64,000 bases of DNA, taken from Octopus vulgaris (taxonomy: Eukaryota). The stretch covers positions 22,506,001 through 22,570,000 of the forward strand of contig OX597828.1 of the NCBI GenBank assembly GCA_951406725.2. Direction: 5' to 3'. The translations under genes and the position numbers were made by a program. Below the pieces are notes generated by a model. The model was not told the origin of the DNA, made no database searches, and worked only from the letters and a program-made list of their open reading frames with translations. Of this stretch, positions 1-14,610 are shown in pieces (positions within the stretch are counted from its first letter, which is position 1; each line of letters starts with the position of its first letter).

Positions 1-614
1 CCAGGCTACCAAAACTCTGAGGAATGCCGTCACTTGTTGCTTGAGAAAAATAACAGCTAATCAACAGCTTCATTTCCTTAGACACTACATTTAACTGAAG
101 GTTCATCCGAAAAAGATTTAGAAAACGGTCCAAGTATTAAACCTAAAGAAAGGACAAGCGTCGAGTCTAAAATGTATTGTAATGACAAATCTGAAATCCA
201 TTTTATATATAACAAAAGCATTTTCAAATCTAGGCAGGACAAGCGTTTTGGGACCTGGGCAATGATTTGAACTCAAAAAGTAAGAAATACCGCATTACAT
301 TGTGTCCTACGCTCTAACGAAACTGCCATCTCACTGCCATATATTGAAGGCGACCTCAGTTTTGGGTGCAAGGTTTGAGATTTTGAGAAAAAACGGTGAG
401 GCGATACCATTTACTTACTCTTCGACTGGTACCTTATTTTATTAAACCCGTTACACGAGAGGTTCACTATGTTATCGGCCCCGAATGGGAAGGAAGGGAT
501 GATGACAGCTGACCAAATTGAACGCAGTACCTAGATGACCGAAAGAAATACTACGAACATATCTTCCAGACACTGATGACTGTGCAAACTCACCGCCGTA
601 TACCAATAGCAAAA

Positions 615-666
615 ATGATGATGATGATAACGATGGTGTTGATGATGATGATGATGATGATGGTGT

Positions 667-744
<78 letters not shown>

Positions 745-840
745 CGACGACGACGACGGTGATGATGATGAGGAGGAGGATGGTGAAAATGATGATGACG
801 AAGATGATGGCTATGATAGTGATGATGATGATGATGATGA
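615..840. repeat. (GAT)n trinucleotide microsatellite, followed by (CA)n at ~918-1017
   Basis: Direct reading; explains the poly-Met/poly-Ile ORFs 576..1043 and 590..1054. Confidence 0.95.
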
Positions 841-914
841 ATATTTCTTTTTTTTTCATAAATTCAGAAAAAGGTTCTCTCACATTCATTTCACGCACGC
901 ACATGCAAACACAA

Positions 915-1018
<104 letters not shown>

Positions 1019-1840
1019 TAAAATCATGTCTGCTTTAATGTAAATATATTTCATACAACTATCTGATGTACCTATAAGTTATTTTCATTTGCAAAAAATA
1101 AATATATATATATATAAAATAAACATAGTTGAATGTTTACAGATATATTTTTTATATTTATATATTTATATACCAATACATATTCTTTATATATGTGTAT
1201 TTGAATGTGTTTCTCATGAAAGATTTTTTATAAATACTTTGCATACGCTAATATTACATAAATCCGGTTCCCGTAATTGAGCAGAGCTGAATGCTTAAAT
1301 TAATGTAGGCTTCGGAAGAGAAAAAAAAAATGACTAAACCATGTAACCGACATTTTAATACGTTTAAAATATGAACACTGTCTGAAATATACTGGAAGTT
1401 AAAACATCAATTAGCGAGTTATTTCCTAATCTGTTTTATGTTTGTACAAGTCATGTTTAGAAACATTCTTATCGCCGCTTCATGTATTTACTTTAGAAAC
1501 TAGAACGTTACAAATGTATATTAATGAAAAACATTAATGGGATGTGCCGATAGGCAACCATTATACGAGTCCTCTGGTCTGTAGTTCGTATAAAGTTTCC
1601 GTCCAAAGAACTTTATCTATGTACAAGTAAGTATAAAAATAAATGAGTCACGTTAGATGAAAATAGACGCTGTTTTGTATTAGTGGTGATGATGTTTCGA
1701 CCCAAGTTATGTTGGTGGGGAAGATATCTCGTCAATGGCTTTCATACTGCAACGCTCTGTCATTTTGTAGGTAGCGTGCAACGAAGCCCGTTTCAACTAA
1801 TACGCCAAAAAGCATTCGTTTTAGTGGTACCAAGGCCTTT

Positions 1841-2250
1841 AAGGCGGCGAGCTGGAAGAAACGTTAGCACGCCGGGCGACGTGCGTAGCCGTATTTCGTC
1901 AACGTTATGAGTTCAAATTCCACCGAGGTCGACTTTGCCTTTTATCCTTTCAGGGTCGATTAAATAAGTACCAGTTACGCACTGTGGTCGATATAATCGA
2001 CTTAATCCGTTTGTCTGTCCTTGTTTGGCCGCTTGTGGGTAGTAAAGAAATAGGTATTTCGTCTGCCGTTACGTTCTGAGTTCCAATTCCGCCGAGGTCG
2101 ACTTTGCCTTTCATCTTTTCGGGGTCATTAAATTAAGTAGCAGTTACGCACTGGAGTCGATGTAATCGACTTAACCCCTTTTCCTGTCCTTTGCGTGTCC
2201 TTTGCCTGTCCCTCTGTGTGTAGCCCCTTGTGGGCAGTAAAGAAATAGGT
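1841..2250 (+). mobile_element. tRNA-derived SINE, family A, with internally duplicated body
   Basis: Head GGCGGCGAGCTGG..GAA.CGTTAGCACGCCGGGCGA, B-box-like GAGTTCAAATTCC, and core GAGGTCGACTTTGCCTTTCATCCTTTCGGGGTC present twice. The family recurs many times in the window. Confidence 0.85.
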
Positions 2251-2487
2251 ATCAATGCTTTTATTTCTTCCAACGAAATTTATAAAAGTGTTAGATTTTA
2301 AGATTTCATAGCTAATTCTACAACGCTGCAAAAACCTTCTAAAGATCCAAATATGGACTCGAGAGTTACATAATTTGTGAATTACGTGAAAATGAAACTT
2401 CCTCTGTTACTATTTATCGTTTATTTCATGATATAATAGGTGATGCATTGTTTCACGTTTTTCCCATGTGTGCTCGTTAGAAAATAA

Positions 2488-2544
<57 letters not shown>

Positions 2545-2760
2545 AGGGAGTGGGGAATGAATGAGTAAAATTAATAGATATTAATATATTGAGGAAAAAA
2601 CATCAGTGCTTACTAGTCCCACGCTCATAGAACAAGTATGATTTCGTGATTAAATTGACTCTTCCTAGATATTGTTAATATAATTAAGAAGTCATAATGC
2701 CGTTTTAGCGTATTAAAAATTTGTTTATACCATTAAATTGTGGTAAAACCACACACTTGC

Positions 2761-2885
<125 letters not shown>

Positions 2886-2909
2886 ATATATATATATATA
2901 TATGCATAC

Positions 2910-2962
<53 letters not shown>

Positions 2963-3021
2963 CACACATATATGCGTGTGTATCTGTAAGTGTGTGTGTG
3001 TGTGTGTGTGTGTATACATAT

Positions 3022-3865
3022 GATTGGCAACCGTTAGTCTCGAAAAACTATGGGTTTGCGGCATGGATTGGATTAGTCTTGCAGTATTGCTTGTGGCTGG
3101 TCGGTTGGTTGTCGTTTGTTTGTGGTTCGGTCTTTTTGCGTCTCCGTCTGTCCTCCGCTGCCCGATGTATGTGATCTCATTCCCTCAGGGCCGTACACAG
3201 CGTCTGACATACAGTAGGAACGGTCTTTCGTCATGTTCTCGAAGGTTTTAGTATTCATATTCATGACCTTCATGTCACGTTTGCACACATCCTTGAAACG
3301 GAGATGTGGTCGTCCCCGAGCAAGTCTGCAGGAGGCTAGCTCCCCATACAGTATATCTTTCGGCAACCTCCCATCAGGCAACCGGTGCACGTGTCCTAAC
3401 CATCGGAGACAGTGCTGCCGAAGTAGTGTGAAAGTAGTTAATGGCTGGGAACGGATATCTAGTTGTTGGTGTACAGACGTTCCACTTGACCCCGTGAATA
3501 CTCCCGAGTTTTGATCAGATGGAAAGCATTCTGGTAACGCTCTTGTCTGGCGTAAAGGCACGAGGTCTGGCGCCGCCATATAGTAAGTTGCTGAGGGCAT
3601 ATATTTTATAGACTGTGAATTTGGTGGATCTCGTCAGCTTGCCGTTTAACCACACTTTTTGAGCTAGTTTGGCGAAGGTCGAACCTGCTAATCCGATTCT
3701 CCTGTTCAGCTCCTGATCGAGTATGAGGCCATCAGTAATTGTTGAGCCAAGGTACGTAAAGTTACGGACCACATCGAGTGGTTATCGATGGAGGGGGTGT
3801 CCGAGACGCCTTGGCCCATTACCTTAGTCTTCTGTTGGCTGATTGTTATGCTCTGGTTGATCAGG
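3022..3865 (-). mobile_element. 5'-truncated, frameshifted RTE-clade LINE (RT C-terminus and 3' end)
   Basis: Across frames: KTKVM, FTYLGSTIT, ELNRRIGLAGSTF, LLYG, LRWLGHVHRLPDGRLPKDILYGEL, RGRPHLRFKDVCKRDMK, all typical of the RTE/BovB-like C-terminal region. Confidence 0.9.
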
Positions 3866-4329
3866 GCGAGTTGACTTGGCTTCCTTCCTCTCTCTGATAA
3901 ACTGAACAATTTTCTATTAACTGTAGAAAGCGGGATCCCGAGTTTTTCTGCGATTTTATGCTAACTGTGTACACCTTCAGAATGACCCACAATACGGCCT
4001 CTTTGAAATCCAAACAGTTCCGATGCCTCATCTGTGCATCGCATGAATAAACAGTCACATCTAGAAGCTGTAACATAAAAATGTCAATTGATAAAAAATA
4101 ATATAATCCATTACAAGTTAGAATAAACATAAAACGATGTTTTATGGGGTGTCTATTTAATTGTGTCATGTCTCTGTATATGTGCTAAAATATATATGGC
4201 ATCAATAAAGACTTGCAAACATTTATCTTTTTTAACAGGTGCGTATGCGTCAACTAAATCCATATACGTATATACAGCCATGCTGTTATCTCAATGATTT
4301 AACTGATTGATATATACTATATACAGATA

Positions 4330-4332
<3 letters not shown>

Positions 4333-4383
<51 letters not shown>

Positions 4384-4433
4384 TATACATATATTTATAT
4401 ATAAGTATATGTATATATATGTATATATATATG

Positions 4434-4468
<35 letters not shown>

Positions 4469-4472
4469 TATG

Positions 4473-4514
<42 letters not shown>

Positions 4515-4584
4515 CATACATATGTATATGTATATATATTATGTATATATATGTATATGTATATATATGTATATATATATGTAA

Positions 4585-4623
<39 letters not shown>

Positions 4624-4651
4624 CATACATATGTATATGTATATTATTATG

Positions 4652-4682
<31 letters not shown>

Positions 4683-4711
4683 GTATATATATATATGTAT
4701 ATATATATATG

Positions 4712-4786
<75 letters not shown>

Positions 4787-4787
4787 G

Positions 4788-4840
<53 letters not shown>

Positions 4841-5070
4841 GTACATACATATATATATATTATATATATATATTTATATATGTATACATAAGTATACGTC
4901 ATATGTATGCGTTAGAAAAATGTGTGTGAATTTGAGTGCATACGTCTTTGTGTGTGTATGTGTGTGTGCTTATGTTTCAAAGTTAATTCCTTTGATCTAC
5001 GTTATATTTCCAATATATATGGACATACATACACACATGTATATGTATATATTTCTATATGTTATATATA

Positions 5071-5106
<36 letters not shown>

Positions 5107-5128
5107 CACATACACACACACATACATA

Positions 5129-5170
<42 letters not shown>
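4333..5170. repeat. Compound (TA)n/(TATG)n microsatellite field
   Basis: Direct reading. Similar fields lie at 2760-3020, 10260-11260, 11820-12055, 39590-39730, 40470-40755, 46330-46890, 54285-55170, 55925-56400 and 57835-58160. Confidence 0.95.
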
Positions 5171-5172
<2 letters not shown>

Positions 5173-5425
5173 GGAGTGCATATGGAGCCGGCATTAATGC
5201 ATAAAAAATCATACGCATAAATAATCAAAAATACACATTTCCATGCATAGAGACAATCACACAACGACAAGGAGCATACACACACACACACACACACACG
5301 AGTGCGCGGGGGGAATACACTCATACACTTACATACATATACACACGTACATGCGTGTGCGTGCTTATGATTATATATACGTACATATATGTGTGTGTGC
5401 ACGTGTGTGATTTTTGAGGTAAAGG

Positions 5426-5484
<59 letters not shown>

Positions 5485-5832
5485 TCCTTCTTTTATTTTA
5501 TATATCATATATATATATATATATATATATACACTTAGAGATGTAATGCCAGAGAGAAGGCGTGGGAACTGATCTGCAATGTGCTGTAATTTTCAACAGG
5601 AAGTACATTCCTTCATATGTTGAATGTAAGCTAAACTCGCTATCAGATCCTCGCTTCTCTTTTTCACGACTGAGATAGTTATTGTCCCCAGTGATTTGCC
5701 TTCACACTTCACATCTTCAGTCCAAAACCCAATTTTACTGAACTCGAAACCAAATTTAGACTTGGTCTAGACACATCTTCCCCATATTCTTCAGCCTCAC
5801 CACACACACACACACGTGCATACATATATATA

Positions 5833-6163
<331 letters not shown>

Positions 6164-6189
6164 TGCATGTATGTGTGTATGTATGTATG

Positions 6190-6408
6190 TATATGTCTGT
6201 GTGTCTGTGTCTGTCCCCCAACATCGCTTGACAACCGATGCTGGTGTGTTTATGTGCCCGTAACTTAGCGGTTCGGTAAAAGAGACCGATAGAATAAGTA
6301 CTACGCTTATAAAGAATAAGTCCTGGGGTCAATTTGCTCGACTAAAAGGCGCTGCTCCAGTATGGCCATAGTCAAATTACTGAAGCAAGTAAAAAGAGTA
6401 AAAGAATA
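6190..6408 (+). mobile_element. SINE family B, 3' half
   Basis: Matches the 3' parts of 16458-16856, 57332-57738 and 62326-62717 (CAACCGATGCTGGTGTGTTTA...GAGACCGATAGAATAAGTAC...CAAGTAAAAAGAG). Confidence 0.85.
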
Positions 6409-6912
6409 TATATATTTGGAGGTAAACAAACATCTGTTTATGTATTGATATGCAGATTTCACAAACAAATTGACAAACCTACCAATATACGTAAATATTT
6501 AATTAGTAAATGGCTAAATTCTATAAATCCAACTTTTTGGAATACAGATTTTAAAAAGCTTAAAGACAACATACAAGTTTCGTCAGCTGCAACTCTCCTT
6601 GATTACGTTTTGGAATCTACATTCATTGAGCTGCTTCTGTGTTGGTATGGCATAATCGAAGTGTCTGGTAGGCGCATACGAATATCGCGATTGTTGGATT
6701 CGGGTTACATGGTAACACCTCTGCAAGAATATTTCATATTGACGTCACTCTTTTTTTTTTGTGCCCTTATATTTACTATTTGGTATGAAAATACCTTGTA
6801 ACAACAACAGCATCGTTATTAACAATGATAGTAATAAGCTCTAAGTTGCATCTAATTTGAGGAGACTTGTCAGTGAACCGGAGGACAAAATAATAGAGCG
6901 AGTCATAGCTGT

Positions 6913-6930
6913 AACTACTACTACTACTGT

Positions 6931-6974
<44 letters not shown>

Positions 6975-6975
6975 T

Positions 6976-7016
<41 letters not shown>

Positions 7017-7143
7017 ATGTTGCTTCTGCTGCTGCTGCTGTTGCTACTACTACTACTACTACTACTACTAATACTACTACTACTAATACTACTACAGCTA
7101 CTACTACTAATACTATTATTAATATTCAGTACTACTACTGCTA

Positions 7144-7178
<35 letters not shown>

Positions 7179-7250
7179 ACTACTACTACTACTACTAATA
7201 ATAATAATAATGATAACAATGATGATGGTGATGACGACGACAACGATGAT
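6913..7250. repeat. Compound (ACT)n/(GCT)n/(AAT)n/(GAT)n trinucleotide microsatellite
   Basis: Direct reading. Confidence 0.95.
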
Positions 7251-7494
7251 AATTTCAAATTCTGACACAAGGCCAGCAATTTCAGAGGGTGGAGTATAAT
7301 GGACTACTTTCACCCCACTGCTCAACTGGTAATTTATTTATCGATACAGAAAGAAAATCAAAGTTGAACTCGGCGAAATTTCAAAGCAGAACCTAAACAA
7401 ATTACACAGTAAGAAATATAATTAATAAGCAACATGGTTTTGAAAATACAACCTTAAATTATACACTAAACCGGATTTTGGCTCGTTTTTACGG

Positions 7495-8745
7495 ATATAA
7501 TCGACTTAATCCGTTTGTCTGTCCTTGTTTGTCCCATTTGTGTGTAAAGAAATAGGTATTTCATCTGTCGCTATGTTCTGAGTTCAAATTCCGCCGAGGT
7601 CGACTTTGCCTTTCATCCTTTCGGGGTCGATTAAATAAGTACCAGTTACGCACTGGGGTCGATATAATCGACTTAATCCCTTTGTCTGTCCTTGTTTGTC
7701 CTCTCTGTGTTTAGCCCCTTGTAGGTAGTAAAGAAATATGTATTTCGTCTGTCTTTACGTTCTGAGTTCGACTTCCGCCGAGGTCGACTTTGCCGTTCGT
7801 CATTTCGAGGTGGATAAATTAAGTACCAGTTACGCACTGAGGTCGATCTAATCGACTGGCCGCCCCCCACCCCCCACCAAAAGAAAAAAAACTTCGGGCC
7901 TTGTGCCTAAAGTAGAAAAGACTATTAAATGTGCGGTCTGCCAAAATAGTTAGCAAGCCAGGCAAAATCCTTATTTCGTGTCTTTACGTTCTGAGTTCAA
8001 ATTCTTCCGGGCTTGACTTTACCTTTCAACCTGTCGGGGTCGATAAAATAAGTACCGGTTGGACATTGGGATCGATGTAATCGGCTTACTCCTCCTCCGA
8101 ATTTGCAGGCCTTGCGCCAAAATTTGATGGTGATATTTAGACTATTAACTGAGGCAGCGAGCTGATAGAATCATTAAGCATTTTAAGTACAAATTCCGCT
8201 GGATTCGATCTTGCTTTCATCCTTTCGGAGTCGATAGCTTGAGTACCAGTTGACCACTGCGGTCAGTGTAGTCAACGTAGCTCGTTCCATCAAATTGCTG
8301 GATTTGTGTCAAAGTTTGAAACAAATATTTAAAATACTAAAGTCGGCGATCTGGTGGAATCGTAAGCACGCTATACAAAATTCTCAGCTGTATTTCCTCC
8401 GGCTTTACGTTCCGAGTTCAAATACAACCGAGGTCGACTTCGCCTTTCATCATTTCAGAGTTGATAAATTAAATACAGCTGAAAACTGGGATCGATTTAC
8501 ACCTTGTCCGAAATTACATGCCTGGTGCCAAAATTTGTAGCCAATATTTCTGGTCTTAAATTTGGTGAGCTGGCAGCATCGTTAGCATGCTGGGCAAAAT
8601 AATTACCACCATTTTCCCGGAATTTTTCCGTTCTCATTTCAGTCTCTGCCGGGGTCGACTTAGCCTTTCATTCTTTCGAGGTCAAAAAGAGTAAATACCA
8701 GTAAAAGATTGGGTCGATGTAATCGACTTAGCCCTTTTCCCGAAA
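7495..8745 (+). mobile_element. Cluster of about 5-6 tandem, increasingly diverged family A SINE copies
   Basis: The GAGTTCAAATTCCGCCGAGGTCGACTTTGCCTTTCATCC-type core recurs near 7580, 7765, 7995, 8195, 8415 and 8650. Confidence 0.8.
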
Positions 8746-9190
8746 TGCTCCCTTCAAAATCGATGATGCTATAACTTTTCTTTAGTGATGAAGTATTCTT
8801 TCTAAGTATTTGCTGCTACATTACTTAAAAACGGATTAAACACAAGCTGGGCACGTTTATTTTTAAATCAATGCTTCGAGATATCATGACACTAAACAAC
8901 ATACATTTAACGGTGCGTTTTTAGGTTCTTTAAATATTGATTTTGAAAAGTGCCAGCCATATTAAGCAGTTATCCAAACTAAATTTCCTAGCTGGGTTTT
9001 CAATAAAGTGATTAAGTACTTGTTTTTAATTTAATTTTTTTTTTTTTTTTAATTTTGGTTCTGCTCACACTCTACCAAGGTTCTCTTATCAATTATGGAA
9101 ATTTAATTCCAAAATGGTATAAGGAATTCATTTTCGTACCATGTATGCATCTGTGTGTATGTGCGTATGTGTGTGTGTTTGTGTTTGTGT

Positions 9191-9240
<50 letters not shown>

Positions 9241-9724
9241 CTAAAATTGGTATTCCTCTTTTCATTAGGGATTTTCTTGGTTCTATTCCGACGCGAAACG
9301 TATGTCATATGAGAACTCTATCTACACAATCCCAAGCATCTACGGATGGTTTTATAAACAAGAAACTAAGATGCTACTCAAAGCTATTAACGACGTAACC
9401 GAAATTAAATTATTTTCACGAAGGATATAAACGGCATTGCTACATTGGTTCATGGGAACCTAAATTTGCTTTCGTAGCTCTTATGTCATTAATAACAAAA
9501 TTAAATATGCTGACGGGGCAGGTTTCTGTACAAGCGAGAGCATATGCCGCCTAAATAGTTCAGCGCAAATTTAAGTGAATACAGGATTTATTAATTTGTT
9601 TTCATTTCATTTTATAATATTTGTAAAAAGGATTAGATCATGCTCTCATGAAAACATTTCCCTTGGTTTCTGTGTCATGAACCTGTATGTATGCATGCGG
9701 GTACTCGTGTGTGCGTGTGCGTGC

Positions 9725-9758
<34 letters not shown>

Positions 9759-9936
9759 TAATAATAACAAGAATGTTCTTGGTACAGTATTATATGTTTC
9801 ATAAAATGAGTAGAAATGGCCTTTTTTGGATAATTTATATTTTAATAATAATGTTCATTGTAAACATCGTTTTACAAATAAAAATCATACTCAAAAAACC
9901 ATCTCTAGACAAATATATATATACACACAAACACTT

Positions 9937-9980
<44 letters not shown>

Positions 9981-10264
9981 ATTGACTGTATGTATGTGTG
10001 TATGCATGTATGTTAGTGGTGAGTGTACGTATTGGTGAAAGAGAAGCTTCAACGAATGGATAGAGGGATATTTATACACCGTATATATTCCTTTCTGTCT
10101 GTATATATGTGTTTTTTTATGTAAGTGCTAATGAACTTGAATATGCCTATACATAACACCTTATTTTTTATAAAAAAATATAAACATACATGTGTATATT
10201 TAAACGCATATAAACATATACACAACTGCTGATTTGCATCTTTCCATCTTTGTGTGTATGTACA

Positions 10265-10332
<68 letters not shown>

Positions 10333-10333
10333 C

Positions 10334-10365
<32 letters not shown>

Positions 10366-10916
10366 TTATATATATACATACGTATATATGTATATGTATG
10401 CATATATATACACGAATATGCATACATATACTCATATATATGCACTAGATGTATGTGCGTATATATGTAACAATGTGTCTTTATACGGATATATCTATAT
10501 TTCTCTTTCACTTTGAGCATGTGTTCTTGTTTCTATGTGTATGTATTTGTGTGTGTGTAGCCATGTGCGCGTGTGCGTATATGTGTATGTATGTGTGTGT
10601 GTGCGCGCGCGCGTGTATCTGGGGGTAAACATTGCGATGTGAACGAAGGAGTAGGTCAAAGTGTTACAAGGAATATAGATGTACTTGTTTCACTTGAAGT
10701 CAAAATGTGTTTGCAAGCATTTGCGTACCCAGATACACATACCCAACCTTATATATGCTGAAACTGTATACATAAACGTATACACATAAGCGCATATTTG
10801 AGCGCATATATACATATATATATCATTGTGTGTTTATGTATATATATATATGTATATATCTACATATACACACCTATATATATTTCATATATATATATAT
10901 ATGTATATATGTATGC

Positions 10917-10951
<35 letters not shown>

Positions 10952-11104
10952 CGTATATATGTATATATATATATATGCATACATACATTCCTGTGCGTGT
11001 GTATTCGTCTATGTATTCGTATGTGTATATATATGTACATATACACATACACACATTAACATTTATATAAATATATATACATATGTATATATATATGTAT
11101 ATAA

Positions 11105-11144
<40 letters not shown>

Positions 11145-11191
11145 GTATGTATATATATATATATAAATGTATATATATATGTATATACATA

Positions 11192-11266
<75 letters not shown>

Positions 11267-11461
11267 CACACACATAACTACCAAAGTTGATGAGTCTGTA
11301 TGTAGCTATAACTTCCAGTGTATCATGACATCAACGTTTTGGTGCGCATATCCACTTAAACTCACATATGCGAAATTCATACGCACGCTTACACTCACAA
11401 TATCACAAACTGACACATCAATATTTGAATATTTACATATACAAATGCGTGTGTCAGTACG

Positions 11462-11508
<47 letters not shown>

Positions 11509-11771
11509 GCATATATACGTACGTGCTTAGTTACGAAGTCAATTGTGGAATTCCACATCCTAGAATATATATTTCGCTAAATGAAAATAAACTACGGTCG
11601 TAAAATCAACGGTCTGAAAAAAAAGCCTCAAAAGCTAAGGAGCCAGTTATTACTTCCCGAGTTGTGTGTTATATATGTTACATGCCATCGTGGCTCATAT
11701 ATACAACATAAAAGCCATTTTTTTTCTTACTCCACGTTTTCTTTAAGACACACAAACACACATACACATAG

Positions 11772-11802
<31 letters not shown>

Positions 11803-11915
11803 CTTACACACGCACACATATATATGTATGTATGTGTTTATATACATACATACATACATACACATATATATATATATATGTATACATATATATATATATA
11901 TACATATATATATAC

Positions 11916-12059
<144 letters not shown>

Positions 12060-12067
12060 ATATATAA

Positions 12068-12690
12068 AAGTGGGCTTCTTTCAGTTTCCGTCTAGCAAAT
12101 TCACTCACAAAGCTTTGGCCGTCCCTAGCCTATAGTGGACGGCACTTGCCTAAGATATCTCGTGGTGGGGCTGAAATAGCATACATGCTGTACAGAAGCA
12201 AAATGTTACTACACATCCACACTCATACATAAACATATGCACACACATATACTTACTGACACATGTGTGTGTAAGAGAGGGTGTATGCGTGTGGGTGTGT
12301 ATGTGAGTGCATGTATATATATATTCATATACACGCACAAATACACACACACGCGCGCGTGCGCGCACATCTTTGGTCTTTCACCCTTTACTTGTTTCAC
12401 TCATTAGACTACGACCACGCTGGGCCACCGTCTTAGGGAATTCTTAGTCGAATGAATCAAATTCACTACTTGATTTCTAATAAGGCCCTGTTTGATGTAA
12501 ACGCACCAACACCGGTTCTTAAGTGGCAATAAGCCACAAACATGGACACAAAGACATATACCATATACACACACACATATACCAGACGAGCTTCTTCCAG
12601 TTTCCCTCCACAAAAACCACTCTGAAAGCTTTAGTCGTTTCCAAGCTAGAGTTGAAGACATGACCACAAATTACCACGCATTGGGATAAA
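12068..12690 (-). mobile_element. Two degenerate family B SINE pieces (12068-12180, 12385-12690)
   Basis: Reverse-complement similarity to family B (GGGCTTCTTTCAGTTTCCGTCT..CAAAT.CACTCACAA.GCTTTGG; TTTACTTGTTTCA.TCATT.GACT.CG.CCA.GCTGG). Confidence 0.7.
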
Positions 12691-12799
12691 ATCCATCTAA
12701 AGAGAATTTCCTAGCAACGTGTCAGCTGATCTGCATTCAGTGGTAACTTTTGCTTTTAAGCTACACACATGCTTGCACATGTGCATCAATATGTGACCG

Positions 12800-12992
12800 C
12801 GTGTGTATCGTTGGTGATTTTCTTTCTCTGTCTTCCCTTCCTTAGACTCTTCTTTTTTTCTATATTTCTGAGGACGAGCTCCGCTCGAAACGTCAAATCT
12901 GCCTTCTTTCTTTCTTTTCCTCAGCGACCAATAACATTATACTTGTTCCATGTCCTCGCGTTGTTGTGTTTTCTCGTTGTTCATGTTTGGAT

Positions 12993-13052
<60 letters not shown>

Positions 13053-13264
13053 TATGTAAAAAGAGTTAATTTCCTAATTTGAGCTTTCATCATAAATCTT
13101 TCTCTTTGTCTCCGGTTCCACCCTAGCACTTCTTAAGCAGTTCCGTATATTTCGAAAGAAATAATTATTATATTCTATATATATATATATATATAAAGTT
13201 AATCCAAACAAGAAAACACAAAAAAAACACAAAAAGCACAATAACGCGAGGACGTGGAACAAAT
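12800..13264 (+). mobile_element. Penelope-like fold-back relic (HHR-bearing end plus inverted partial copy, with TA runs)
   Basis: 12940-13000 is an imperfect inverted repeat of 13195-13264 (CTTGTTCCATGTCCTCGCGTTGTTGTG...GTTTGGATTAAC versus GTTAATCCAAAC...CACAATAACGCGAGGACGTGGAACAA). An HHR lies upstream in the left arm. Confidence 0.6.
12864..12898 (+). ncRNA. Minimal type I hammerhead ribozyme motif (PLE type)
   Basis: ATTT-CTGAGGA-C-GAGC-TCC-GCTC-GAAA-CG-TC-AAAT: stem I ATTT/AAAT, core CUGANGA, stem II GAGC/GCTC, GAAA, palindromic ACGT stem III, GUC cleavage triplet. Confidence 0.7.
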
Positions 13265-13348
13265 AACCTAGACTAAGAGATAAAACGGATGAATGCATGT
13301 GGATGCGTGCGTGAATATAGATGTATATGCGTTTCCAATGTCTTCATT

Positions 13349-14610
13349 TAGGAGGTTGTGTCAAAAAGTTTCCGAACTAATTATGTTTTTAAAAATAATT
13401 ATTCACTTTAATTTTGACATCATCTCCTCCGGAATAGTCAGCTTTTGCAGCGGAATAGTCACTGGTTACAGCGATCCTGTCACTTTGGGAATCCGGCCTG
13501 AAAGTCGTTTTTCGTGAGCGAGTTGAAGACCTTCAATCATTCGCTCTGAAATTTCGACCACGGAATTAAAAAGGGCGACTGTTGAGCTGTATTTTCATCT
13601 TGGGAAAAATTGAAGTCAGCAGGTGGTAAATCTGGCGAAGAGAGTGGTTGCGGAAGAGATTCCATGCTGCTTTGGGCAAGAAATTCACGCACGAGGAAAT
13701 TTCGGTTACTGGGTGCACCATCGTCGTGAAGAATCCAATTCTTGGCCCTCCACAATTCCGATCGCTTTCCGCCAATGTCCACTCTCAAACGCTTCAAAAC
13801 ATGGCAATAGAATTCTCCATTGACGGTCCAGTCCTGGATGTCGAAGTCTCGATGCACAATAGCACGGATTTCGGAAAAAAAAAGCAAAAAAAAGCAATGT
13901 GCATGCTCTTCAATGAGCATTAAGGCGGCGAGCTGGCAGAATGTATAGCAGCACGCCGGGCGAAATGCTTAGCAGTATTTCGTCTGTCTTTACGTTCTAA
14001 GTTCAAATTCCGCTAAGGTAGACTTTGCTTTTCATCCTTTCGGGGTCGATAAATTAAGTACCAGTTGCATACTGGGGTCGATCTAATCCACTGGCCCGCT
14101 CCCCAAAAATTTCGGGCCTTGTGCCTAGAGTGAAAAGAATGCTCTTCAATAAGCTGTGACTGTGTTGTGCCTTCTTCGGTCGAGGAGATGAAGCCCTCTC
14201 CCACTGAAAAAACAACTGCTTTATCTCAGGGTCGCCAACGAAAACCCAACTCTCGTCACCGGTGATGATCTTCGACATGAAAGATGGGTCATGAGCGGCA
14301 CGCTGATCGAGATCTTGACAGACTTCGAAGCGATGTTCTTTCTTCTCAGTTGTCAGCATGTGTGGGACAAACTTGGCAGAGACACCTCCGCATGTTCAAT
14401 TCAGACGTTATTACTGCCTCCACGGACCCATACGACAGATCAACAACATTAGCAATGTGTTTCATTGTCCTCCGATAATCCTCATTCTCAAGCTGATGAA
14501 TTTACTCCACATTTCAGGGGTGACGGTCGTGGCAGGACTTCCAGATCGCCCATCGCCTTCCAGGGACGCTCTTCCGCTTTTGTCCGGGAATGTTTTGACA
14601 CCACTTCGTA
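13349..14610 (-). mobile_element. Degenerate mariner (Tc1/mariner) DNA transposon with 5' internal deletion, interrupted by a SINE
   Basis: Imperfect ~28-bp TIRs bounded by TA (TAGGAGGTTGTGTCAAAAAGTTTCCGAACT versus rc TACGAAGTGGTGTCAAAACATTCCCGGACA). Transposase motifs IITGDESWV, WILHDDGAP and SPDLPPADF. Confidence 0.9.
13919..14138 (+). mobile_element. Full-length family A SINE inside the mariner ORF, with 16-bp TSD
   Basis: TSD ATGCTCTTCAAT(G/A)AGC at 13903-13918 and 14139-14154. Confidence 0.9.
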
